From Candidatus Omnitrophota bacterium (GTDB lineage: Bacteria; Omnitrophota; Gorgyraeia; VGKH01; JBHPFN01), in assembly GCA_042571725.1 (NCBI GenBank), contig JBHPFN010000001.1:71218-135217 (forward strand): a DNA stretch of 64,000 nt. The letters are read 5' to 3'. Within the stretch, counting starts at the first letter, position 1. Each line of letters opens with the position of its first letter. Positions 1 to 7,485 of the stretch are shown here, piece after piece. Both the position numbers and the translations under genes were made by a program. The notes beneath the pieces are model-generated. The model had not been told where the DNA came from and did not search any database. It saw only the letters and a list, made by a program, of their open reading frames with translations.

Positions 1-272
1 AATCCTTTTGCCTGACGTAGCTCTGTATTTACCTTTGCTTCTCGACCCTTTAACTCTACAACCTGATTTTCCGCGCGTGCGAAGTCTCTCTTTGCCTTTG
101 CAAGATTGCCCTCAAGGGATTGTACATCAGAAAGCTTCACTTGCTTTTCTTTCTTTTCGCCGGTAAGATTCTTCCGTAGGGATCCTATCTTTGCAGAAAG
201 AGCAACGGTGGTAGTAATCATTGCACTGGCTACTCCCACAATTACCCAAAATGAAATCGTTATTGTTTCCAT
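1..272 (-). CDS. N-terminal part of a membrane-anchored coiled-coil protein (PilO/FtsB-like topology); gene runs off the window start
   Basis: ATG at 272 (minus) after a TTGATT-18-TATAAT promoter. Translation METITISFWVIVGVASAMITTT... gives one TM helix then a charged coiled-coil. No family-specific motif recognised. Confidence 0.3.
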   Translation of the reverse strand, partial: METITISFWVIVGVASAMITTTVALSAKIGSLRKNLTGEKKEKQVKLSDVQSLEGNLAKAKRDFARAENQVVELKGREAKVNTELRQAKG

Positions 273-304
273 ATTCTCTTAGTAATTGCCTTTCTTAAAG
301 TATT

Positions 305-334
305 ATTATAACGGGTTTTATGGTTAAAAATCAA
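305..334 (-). promoter_or_regulatory. Sigma70-like promoter: -35 TTGATT (329-334), 18-nt spacer, -10 TATAAT (305-310), for the gene starting at 272
   Basis: Read on the minus strand directly from sequence; sits between the secretin terminator and the ATG at 272. Confidence 0.4.
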
Positions 335-347
335 CAAAAAATCAAAG

Positions 348-384
348 AAAAAAGGCGCCCGCAATTTTTTCAATGGCGGGCGCC
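348..384 (-). terminator. Rho-independent terminator downstream of the secretin gene
   Basis: 9-bp GC stem ggcgcccgc/gcgggcgcc (354-362 pairs with 376-384), 13-nt loop, followed on the minus strand by a TTTTTT run (348-353). Confidence 0.6.
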
Positions 385-402
385 CATTTGTTTACTTCAT
401 TT

Positions 403-1212
403 TTACTCAATATCCTTAACTATAAGTGGGGTTATGAAAATGAGGAGTTCTGATCTGTCACGGTGTTTAATTTTAGTTTTGAAAAACGCGTTTATGACCG
501 GGGCATCCGATAGTACAGGAACGCCAGATAGATCGAACCGCTCCCTAATACCTGAGAGTATTACTGTTGACTCAAGTTGAATATCAGTCCCCGTAGATGA
601 AATCACCGGAGTAACTTCTAGCTTCAGACCTTCTTCTTTGTATTGAAGCTCTCCTGTTGAAGATCCGTCAAGACTAATACTAAAATCCTGGGTTTGCCCT
701 GCTGAGGATTTGTCACAAGGCTTACTTGAAGAACCTGTTTTGACCTGCACATTCTCACCAAGGATTGATGCAGAATCTATCGACTGAGTTACCACCCGAG
801 GAACACTTATTATGTTGCTTTTACCTTTTGACTCAAAGGCTGAAAGGGCATTATCAACCATTTGAGTGCTGTCACCGCCAAGTGGAATCTTAATTTGCTC
901 CGTAGCTTGGGGTGTAATAATAGGCCAGTCCTGCACTTCAAGAAAAGACCCTAAGGTAATCCATTCTCCTGTATTTGCGCCTATGCCTTGAGGTGTAGTA
1001 GAAACCTCAAGAATCCTTCGGTCTCCTTCTTGGAACTGTTGGAATGTCCAGTCAACACCAAGCTCTTCTGAAAAATTGGTAGTGGCTTCCACAATCCTTG
1101 CTTCAATTATTACTTGTGGCGTCTGGACATCGAGGCTGTATACTTCTGAGAAGCTTGAGGTAAATGCCAGAGAAACAAATAAAATTAATAAAATCCTAAT
1201 TACTGTTTTCAC
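403..1212 (-). CDS. Short secretin-domain outer-membrane protein (PilQ/GspD/RcpA-family C-terminal domain only)
   Basis: Signal peptide MKTVIRILLILFVSLAFTSSFS. VIIEARIVEA near the N-terminus and ELLIFITPLIV near the C-terminus are typical secretin-domain motifs. Only 269 aa, so it lacks the N0-N3 domains. Confidence 0.55.
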   Translation of the reverse strand: MKTVIRILLILFVSLAFTSSFSEVYSLDVQTPQVIIEARIVEATTNFSEELGVDWTFQQFQEGDRRILEVSTTPQGIGANTGEWITLGSFLEVQDWPIITPQATEQIKIPLGGDSTQMVDNALSAFESKGKSNIISVPRVVTQSIDSASILGENVQVKTGSSSKPCDKSSAGQTQDFSISLDGSSTGELQYKEEGLKLEVTPVISSTGTDIQLESTVILSGIRERFDLSGVPVLSDAPVINAFFKTKIKHRDRSELLIFITPLIVKDIE

Positions 1213-1270
1213 TTTTTCTCCTCCTTCTGGGATAAATGTTCAAACGTAAAGTGTGTATTGTGAGGATTAA

Positions 1271-1299
1271 ATTCTACTCCTAAATTATTAACTTGTCAA
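1271..1299 (-). promoter_or_regulatory. Sigma70 promoter: -35 TTGACA (1294-1299), 17-nt spacer, -10 TAGAAT (1271-1276), upstream of the secretin gene
   Basis: Near-consensus hexamers with optimal spacing on the minus strand. A GGAGGAG RBS precedes the ATG at 1212. Confidence 0.5.
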
Positions 1300-1312
1300 G
1301 TTTCAGACGGAA

Positions 1313-1351
1313 GTGAAAAATAAGGGCGACCCCGCCTAATGCGGGGGCGCC
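1313..1351 (-). terminator. Intrinsic terminator after the 90-aa ORF
   Basis: GC-rich hairpin ggcgaccccgc/gcgggggcgcc (1325-1351, one mismatch) followed on the minus strand by TTATTTTT. Confidence 0.5.
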
Positions 1352-1382
1352 TCACTATTTGCTCTCTTCTTATATAAACTTT

Positions 1383-1655
1383 CTATTTAACTTTCTCTCG
1401 GCAATATCTTCTTAAGTAGGATAAGTTTCTCTTGAGAGTATCAAGCTTATCTTTAACCTCCTGCGATTCAGGATCCAAAAGATATAACATCTTAATCTCA
1501 AGCAAGCTATCTTCAATGATTTTGACGTACCTGTCTATAAGCATGCCGAAGGCTTCTAATTTCTTAACATCCTTAGTCGTTACTGTGGTTTCTTCAAAAC
1601 ATTCCTGAAGTGCTTGTTTTAGCCACTGTTCATCCTGCGGATTAATCATGGCCAC
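1383..1655 (-). CDS. Hypothetical small protein (90 aa)
   Basis: ORF with GAGGAGGTGG RBS. No recognisable motif. Preceded by structured leader hairpins. Confidence 0.35.
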   Translation of the reverse strand: MAMINPQDEQWLKQALQECFEETTVTTKDVKKLEAFGMLIDRYVKIIEDSLLEIKMLYLLDPESQEVKDKLDTLKRNLSYLRRYCREKVK

Positions 1656-1662
1656 CTCCTCA

Positions 1663-1707
1663 ATAACACAAAAGACGTTCTTCTACCCCTGTGGGCATAA
1701 GAACGTC
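1663..1707 (-). terminator. Hairpin plus U-tract (terminator or attenuator) sharing the motif AAAAGACGTTCTT...AAGAACGTC with the element at 3491-3524
   Basis: Perfect 9-bp stem gacgttctt/aagaacgtc (1674-1682 pairs with 1699-1707) with a 16-nt loop. On the minus strand it is followed by TTTTGTGTTATT and then the RBS of the 90-aa ORF. Confidence 0.5.
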
Positions 1708-1716
1708 CTCGTTCAA

Positions 1717-1746
1717 TAAAAAACCCTACACCATTCTGGTGTAAGG
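1717..1746 (-). terminator. Second hairpin plus TTTTTT element in the same intergenic region
   Basis: Stem 1724-1733 pairs with 1737-1746 (one mismatch), 3-nt loop, then TTTTTT on the minus strand (1718-1723). Confidence 0.4.
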
Positions 1747-1778
1747 CTTCATTGCCTTTTGACTTCTTTGTCAGTTAC

Positions 1779-1807
1779 AGCATAGCACTTTAAATATACT
1801 ATGTCAA
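1779..1807 (-). promoter_or_regulatory. Candidate promoter: -35 TTGACA (1802-1807), 17-nt spacer, -10 TATGCT (1779-1784). It would place the hairpins at 1663-1746 in the 5' leader of the 90-aa ORF
   Basis: Consensus -35 but weak -10. The orientation and position are what suggest the hairpins act as an attenuator. Confidence 0.3.
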
Positions 1808-1816
1808 GTGCTTAGA

Positions 1817-1845
1817 GGGGCTCCCCGCCGACGGCGGGGAGCCCC
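1817..1845 (-). terminator. Perfect 13-bp GC hairpin immediately after the stop of the gltB-like gene
   Basis: ggggctccccgcc-gac-ggcggggagcccc. No U-tract on either side, so it may be a stabiliser or the first element of a tandem terminator. Confidence 0.4.
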
Positions 1846-1862
1846 TTAAATGCTCAAACAAC

Positions 1863-3449
1863 TTACTTCAAGATTTTCTCGGCTTCCTTGCGATACGCAT
1901 CCATCACATACGGAATACCTGAAACTTTAGCTGCTTCTTCGGTCAGAGACATGACGTCTTTTCGCGTAATAGTGCTTAAGTTAAAGTTTCTACTTCCTGC
2001 CATGAGCTGCTGAAGACCAACCTTGATCTTCTGGCTAAAGCAATAGATTCCAACCGCTCCCAAAGGAATCTCTTTCATTTGCTTTCCGTATTTATCCAGA
2101 AGCTCTTCGTAGCAGATAAAGATTTCCTCTGCTGAACTGCCGAACTGCGAAACGGTCTTAGGTAAATTACCGTCTTTTAACCAGTTGCCGATATTCTTAC
2201 CGACCATACCGGGAATCATCAATGCGCGGCCCATACATACAGCTTTTACATAGGGCGCACCCATAGCCAGTACTTTGAATACATGGTCTTCACTGGAAAA
2301 ACCACCAGCGATAGCAATATCAGGAACTCGCTTCCCCTGTTTTTTTAGCTTCTCGCAGAATTCGTAGGCCAATGACTGCAGATAGAAAGTAGGAATTCCC
2401 CACTCTTCCATCATGCGCCAGGGGCTCATGCCTGTTCCACCCGGAGCACCGTCAATGGTGAGCAGATCAATCTTTGCTGCTGAACAATACTTAAGCGCCA
2501 TAGCTAACTCTACCATCGAATAGGCGCCGGTCTTTAAAGTAATGCGCTTGAAACCCAGGCCGCGTAAACGCTTGACTTCTGCCATAAACGCTTCTTCAGT
2601 CACAAAGCCTAAACGGGAATGCCTCTCAAACTCTTTAATCTCTCCTACTCGATAGGCTTCTTGTACCGAATGAACCGTTGGGTCTGGAGTAACAATATAG
2701 CCGCGCTTCTTCAGCACCTTGGCGCGCTCAATATCTTTTACCTTAATCTCGCCACCGATACATTTTGCTCCCTGGCCCCATTTAAGCTCTATAGTATCAA
2801 GCTTATGTTTTTTACTGACGTACTCAGCAACGCCGAGGCGGGTATCTTCCACATTCATCTGCACTAAGATCTCTCCGTAGCCTTCATGGAATTTTTTGTA
2901 GATGTCAATACGGCGGTCCATATCGGGAGCGCTCTTAATTTTGCCTTTGGAATCTAGTTCTAACTTTGGATCAATGCCGCAGACGTTTTCGCCGCAGACA
3001 AGCGTTACTCCGGAAATCGCCGCGCCCACTGCAAAATGTTCCCAGTTTCTGCGGGCGATCTCGGTTGAACCTAACGCACCGGTGAAAATGGGCACGCGCA
3101 GCTTTACTTTTTTATCCCAGCCGTATTCTGTTTCTGTATCGACTGCGGGAAATGTTGCGGTGTCCGGACCTGGCTCTACTCCCTTAGGAAGCCCCTTTGC
3201 GCCGACAGCATATCCCTGGATATTAAGATGCGAATAATCAATAGGATATTCTTTGTCTCCGCCGGCGGTTACCTCGCCGTAGGGACCGGGGTAAATTACT
3301 TCTCTTCCTCTAAATGATGCCTTGAATACATCGCAGTTTCCGCGGCAGCCGTCGATACAACGGGTACAAATTCCGGACACCGGAGCTACGTTACGCGAAC
3401 GATTTGCTGTCTGCAATGCTTCATTTGCGTTTGGTTGCTGCAAATTCAT
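1863..3449 (-). CDS. Glutamate synthase domain-2-like FMN/Fe-S oxidoreductase (GltB-related, standalone 528 aa)
   Basis: Central GAPGGTGMSPW-type GltS FMN-binding region. Cys-rich N-terminus CTRCIDGCRGNCDVF. No amidotransferase domain. Confidence 0.7.
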   Translation of the reverse strand: MNLQQPNANEALQTANRSRNVAPVSGICTRCIDGCRGNCDVFKASFRGREVIYPGPYGEVTAGGDKEYPIDYSHLNIQGYAVGAKGLPKGVEPGPDTATFPAVDTETEYGWDKKVKLRVPIFTGALGSTEIARRNWEHFAVGAAISGVTLVCGENVCGIDPKLELDSKGKIKSAPDMDRRIDIYKKFHEGYGEILVQMNVEDTRLGVAEYVSKKHKLDTIELKWGQGAKCIGGEIKVKDIERAKVLKKRGYIVTPDPTVHSVQEAYRVGEIKEFERHSRLGFVTEEAFMAEVKRLRGLGFKRITLKTGAYSMVELAMALKYCSAAKIDLLTIDGAPGGTGMSPWRMMEEWGIPTFYLQSLAYEFCEKLKKQGKRVPDIAIAGGFSSEDHVFKVLAMGAPYVKAVCMGRALMIPGMVGKNIGNWLKDGNLPKTVSQFGSSAEEIFICYEELLDKYGKQMKEIPLGAVGIYCFSQKIKVGLQQLMAGSRNFNLSTITRKDVMSLTEEAAKVSGIPYVMDAYRKEAEKILK

Positions 3450-3490
3450 TATCGCCTCCTTTTTCTACCTTTTTCTATCTTGTTCTTACC

Positions 3491-3524
3491 CAAATAAAAA
3501 AGACGTTCTTTGTCTAAGAACGCC
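3491..3524 (-). terminator. Hairpin plus U-tract in the leader of the gltB-like gene (terminator/attenuator candidate)
   Basis: Stem gacgttctt/aagaacgcc (3502-3510 pairs with 3516-3524, one mismatch), 5-nt loop, then TTTTTTATTTGGG on the minus strand. The upstream segment AAGAAC could alternatively pair with GTTCTT. Confidence 0.45.
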
Positions 3525-3567
3525 TTTGTTCTTCCTTATGAATATTTTCTAGGCTGATTGTGATTAA

Positions 3568-3595
3568 ATTATACTCACACGCCCAGCATTGTCAA
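3568..3595 (-). promoter_or_regulatory. Sigma70 promoter: -35 TTGACA (3590-3595), 16-nt spacer, -10 TATAAT (3568-3573), for the gltB-like gene
   Basis: Consensus hexamers on the minus strand. Located upstream of the hairpin at 3491-3524, which therefore falls in the 5' UTR. Confidence 0.5.
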
Positions 3596-3616
3596 GATTT
3601 ATTACAAAAAATTCAA

Positions 3617-4303
3617 CTAACTTTGCCTGACGCAATCAAACCCCTCTCCGAGCCTGCAATCGATACAGGTATCAGGGGTATCTTGCTCCATGGATAACTG
3701 CGAAGCGCATAACGCACAGAGAGATTCCTTACCCTTTTCCATCGGACCCGGACAGGCGGTAATAGTCATTGGACATAGATCAATACAGGCATTGCACTTT
3801 TTACAGAATTCCGGACGCTTATTAAAAGGAAGGGCTACATGGCGTTCGTTTCCGCGGCCTACAAATCCTAGTGATTTTGAACGCCAGACTTCAGAGCAGA
3901 CACGTACACAGCGGCCGCAGAGAACGCAGTTTTTATTTCTAAACGGGTAGCGTACATCGGTAACGCCGCAACGTGCGGCAATATCCTGAACTGCGCGGGA
4001 ATTGGGTGCCTCGGCAACCAACATCTCTGCAATATTTTTTCTTGCCTTTAAAATTTTTTCCGTATGGGCTAAGACCACCATTCCCTCTTTTGCCTCAAGC
4101 GTACATGAAGTAGTGACTTTTGATCTGCCGTTTTTTACTACCTCTACGATACACAATCTGCACGCGCCAAAAGAGGTAACTCCGCGAAGATGACAAAGAT
4201 GCGGAATACAGATCCCGTAGTCTAATGCAACATCTAACACATAAGTGTTTTTAGGAGCTCTCACTTTTGCTCCGTTAATGGTAAGATTAACATATTCAAC
4301 CAT
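3617..4303 (-). CDS. 2Fe-2S plus two 4Fe-4S ferredoxin-domain protein (NuoG/HydA N-terminal-like, no catalytic domain)
   Basis: N-terminal plant-type 2Fe-2S fold. NuoG-like CVLCGRCVRVC cluster and ferredoxin CKKCNACIDLCP motif. 228 aa only. Confidence 0.65.
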   Translation of the reverse strand: MVEYVNLTINGAKVRAPKNTYVLDVALDYGICIPHLCHLRGVTSFGACRLCIVEVVKNGRSKVTTSCTLEAKEGMVVLAHTEKILKARKNIAEMLVAEAPNSRAVQDIAARCGVTDVRYPFRNKNCVLCGRCVRVCSEVWRSKSLGFVGRGNERHVALPFNKRPEFCKKCNACIDLCPMTITACPGPMEKGKESLCALCASQLSMEQDTPDTCIDCRLGEGFDCVRQS

Positions 4304-4314
4304 AATATCTCCTT

Positions 4315-6171
4315 TTATAATATGGAAATTGCTTGGAATTTACACGTCTCTTTGCAGATACCGCACTTTTCACATTGTGCGTCATCAATACGATGTAACT
4401 CCTTCGGCTCTCCGGAAATCGCGCCATGAGGACATGCCTTTAAACACGCGCCGCAGCCTATGCATTTTTCTGAATCAATCGAATAATGAATTAGCTCCCT
4501 GCAGACACCAGCCGGACAGCGACTATCTTTTATATGTGCTTCGTACTCATCTCGGAAATATTTTATGGTAGACAACACCGGGTTGGGCGCGGTTTTACCT
4601 AACGCGCACAATGAAGCGATAGAGGTAGTTTCGGCAGTATCTTCCAGAAGCCTTAACTTCTCCTCCGTACCTTTCCCTGTGGTAATATCCTCAATTATCT
4701 CTAGCATGCGACTTAGTCCGACTCTACAGGGAACGCATTTTCCACAGGATTCATCAATAAGAAACTTTAAAAAATATTTTGCGATATCAACCATGCACGT
4801 GGCTTCGTCCATCACGACCATCCCGCCGGAACCAACCATTGAACCCGCATCAGCTAATGCTTCGAAATCAACGGGTAAATCGAATTTGCTCTCCGGTAAA
4901 CAGCCACCTGATGGCCCTCCGGTCTGCACTGCTTTTATCTTGTTTCCGTTGGATGCGCCGCCGCCGATATCATAGATAATCTCACGCAGGCTCATGCCCA
5001 TAGGAATCTCGACTAATCCGGTATTGCGTATCTTTCCGGTGAGCGCAAAGATCTTTGTTCCTTTGCTCTCTTTAGTCCCTTTTTTAGCAAACCAAGCTGC
5101 GCCATTATTAATAATGGATGGCACATTAGCCCAGGTTTCGACATTATTTAAATTTGAAGGAAGCTCCTTAAACCCTTTTTCTATGGTATGGATATCCTTT
5201 GGCCTTGGCTCTCCAACCATTCCCTCTAGAGATGCCATTAAAGCGGTTGATTCTCCACAGACAAAAGCACCTCCGCCGCGGGCAATCTTTATAGAAAAAG
5301 AAAAATCAGTTCCCAGGATATCTTTTCCCAAGAGACCTAATGCCTCTGCCTGCTTCAGCGCTAGTTTTGAATGCTCCACCGCAAGAGGGTATTCGTTTCG
5401 CACATAGATAAATCCCTGTTCAGCGCCGATTGCGTATGCGCCGATGAGCATACCCTCAATTACCGCATGTGGATTACCCTCTAATACGCTTCTATCCATA
5501 TATGCACCGGGATCGCCCTCGTCAGCATTACAAATAATGTATTTAGGATTACCCTCTGCCTTTCGGCACGACTCCCACTTTCTTCCCGTAGAAAATCCGC
5601 CGCCGCCGCGGCCCCGTAATCCAGATTTCTTAATCTCTTCGATAATTGCTTCTGGCTTTGCAGATGTCAAAACCTTCATCAGTGCTGAATAACCGCCGCT
5701 TGCGATATAATCATTGATATCACAAGGATCAACTAGTTTATTCTGACCTAATACCGCTCGATCCTGGGCCTTATAAAAAGGAACGTCCTTTTCATGCGTA
5801 ACTAGCTTGCTAGAAAGGGGATCTTTATAAAGCAGTCTTTCGATAATTTTATTCTTTTTCAAAGTCTCAGAGATAATCTCAGGGACATCCTCGGGCTTAA
5901 TGCGGCAATAAAATGTGTTTCCCGGCTCAACAACCAACAAAGGCTCCTGTTCGCAAAAACCATGACAACCAGTAATCCGCAGCTTTACTTTATCGGTAAG
6001 CTTTTGTTGCTTCAGCTCCTTTTTAAATGCTTCTGCCACCTTTAATGAACCACCAGCTTGACCACATGTCCCCGAAGAAAGAATTACAGTGCGTGCGCTT
6101 CTTTCCTGTTTTGCCTTTTCCTTTGTTGCTATCAGTTTTTGAAAATCTTTTAAGGTTTTTACAGTTTTCAT
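4315..6171 (-). CDS. NuoF/HydB/HndC-like NAD(H)-binding FMN Fe-S flavoprotein
   Basis: GRGGGGFSTGRKWE motif. N-terminal thioredoxin-like 2Fe-2S domain. C-terminal CIGCGACLKACP and CEKCGICKETC 4Fe-4S motifs. Confidence 0.8.
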   Translation of the reverse strand: MKTVKTLKDFQKLIATKEKAKQERSARTVILSSGTCGQAGGSLKVAEAFKKELKQQKLTDKVKLRITGCHGFCEQEPLLVVEPGNTFYCRIKPEDVPEIISETLKKNKIIERLLYKDPLSSKLVTHEKDVPFYKAQDRAVLGQNKLVDPCDINDYIASGGYSALMKVLTSAKPEAIIEEIKKSGLRGRGGGGFSTGRKWESCRKAEGNPKYIICNADEGDPGAYMDRSVLEGNPHAVIEGMLIGAYAIGAEQGFIYVRNEYPLAVEHSKLALKQAEALGLLGKDILGTDFSFSIKIARGGGAFVCGESTALMASLEGMVGEPRPKDIHTIEKGFKELPSNLNNVETWANVPSIINNGAAWFAKKGTKESKGTKIFALTGKIRNTGLVEIPMGMSLREIIYDIGGGASNGNKIKAVQTGGPSGGCLPESKFDLPVDFEALADAGSMVGSGGMVVMDEATCMVDIAKYFLKFLIDESCGKCVPCRVGLSRMLEIIEDITTGKGTEEKLRLLEDTAETTSIASLCALGKTAPNPVLSTIKYFRDEYEAHIKDSRCPAGVCRELIHYSIDSEKCIGCGACLKACPHGAISGEPKELHRIDDAQCEKCGICKETCKFQAISIL

Positions 6172-6677
6172 TTTTTCTTTCTCTTGTTTTTAGGTTGTTT
6201 TTTAAATTGATCTCGTGTCTTTTGAATCAGGGCGCGTAATTTTGCGGTGGTCATATGATCATAATACTTCCCGTCCAGCACCACCACCGGGCCTAAGGCG
6301 CAGGCACCAAGACAGTTTACCGTCTCAACGGTAAACTGTTTATCTTCAGTAGTCTCTCCGGGCTTTACCTTAAGCTGCCCTAAAACCTCATCTAAAAACT
6401 TTGGTGCACCGCGCACATGACAGGCGGTTCCCATACAAACGGTAAGCAGGTGCTTTCCCCGAGGCTGCAAGGTAAAGGCCTTATAAAAATTTGCAACCCG
6501 AAATACTTCTATAAGCGGTGTCTGAAGCCTGTCTGAGACAATCCGCAGAACCTCCTCAGGAAGATAATCATAGGCCTGCTGAACATCTTGCATCACCTCA
6601 ATCAATTCGCTTGCATCGCCTGCTCTGTCTTTTAATATACTTTCAATCTTTTTCTCTTTAGTCATTACGTTTGGCAT
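6168..6677 (-). CDS. NuoE/HydC/HndA-like thioredoxin-fold 2Fe-2S subunit
   Basis: CMGTACHVRGAP...VNCLGACALGPVV 2Fe-2S motif. 4-nt overlap with the downstream NuoF-like gene. Confidence 0.8.
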   Translation of the reverse strand: MPNVMTKEKKIESILKDRAGDASELIEVMQDVQQAYDYLPEEVLRIVSDRLQTPLIEVFRVANFYKAFTLQPRGKHLLTVCMGTACHVRGAPKFLDEVLGQLKVKPGETTEDKQFTVETVNCLGACALGPVVVLDGKYYDHMTTAKLRALIQKTRDQFKKQPKNKRKKK

Positions 6678-6753
6678 CGTGACCTTTCTGTTTAGTTTTG
6701 ATGCAATCCATGCCTATTCTTTAGGCACTTAGTTTAAAAAAATAATATGTGCT

Positions 6754-7482
6754 TTAGCGCATCATGCAGATTGCAGGAAGGCACCTTTTATGTGCGGTCT
6801 GTGCTATTTTTTTCTTCACCTTTTGAATTTTGGCGCTGTCTTTGATGTTGCGTTTGCCTGTAAACAGCATTTTTAATATGCTATCTAAATCATCGTAGGT
6901 AATACCCATCTCTGCTTCATCCGTCTGCCCTTTCCAGAGACCTGCTGACGGAGGCTTAGCGATAATTCTTTCTGGCACGCCGAGTGAACGCGCCAATTCT
7001 CTAACTTGTGTTTTATACAAATCGGCAATGGGTAAAATATCTACCCCTGCGTCGCCGTATTTAGTGAAATATCCTGCGTATAATTCTGATTTGTTACCGG
7101 TTCCTGCCACAAGATAGTTTAATTTATTGGCAAAATAATAGAGCGTAATCATACGCAGCCTAGCCCGTACATTGCCTTTGGTTTTAGCATCAGACTCAGG
7201 CAATATAGAAAGAAATGCGTCGTAGACCTTGCAGAGATCAACGGTTTTGACTTTAAGTTTAAACTTTTTTGCTAGAAGTTTTGCGTCACTGACGTCTTGC
7301 GGGATACTGTGACAGGGAAGAATAAGACATAGAAGATTTTTCGCACCGACTGCTTTTTTGGAAAGGGCTGCGATTACGCTTGAGTCTACGCCGCCGCTAA
7401 TGCCAAGGACTATGCCTTTTGCCTTAGCGTCTTTAACCTGCTTTTTAATCCAGGTAATTATTTTTTTCTCTGTGGCCTTCAT
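6754..7482 (-). CDS. nadE: NH3-dependent NAD+ synthetase
   Basis: PP-loop GISGGVDSS. Size and overall similarity to NadE. Confidence 0.75.
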   Translation of the reverse strand: MKATEKKIITWIKKQVKDAKAKGIVLGISGGVDSSVIAALSKKAVGAKNLLCLILPCHSIPQDVSDAKLLAKKFKLKVKTVDLCKVYDAFLSILPESDAKTKGNVRARLRMITLYYFANKLNYLVAGTGNKSELYAGYFTKYGDAGVDILPIADLYKTQVRELARSLGVPERIIAKPPSAGLWKGQTDEAEMGITYDDLDSILKMLFTGKRNIKDSAKIQKVKKKIAQTAHKRCLPAICMMR

Positions 7483-7485
7483 GTT

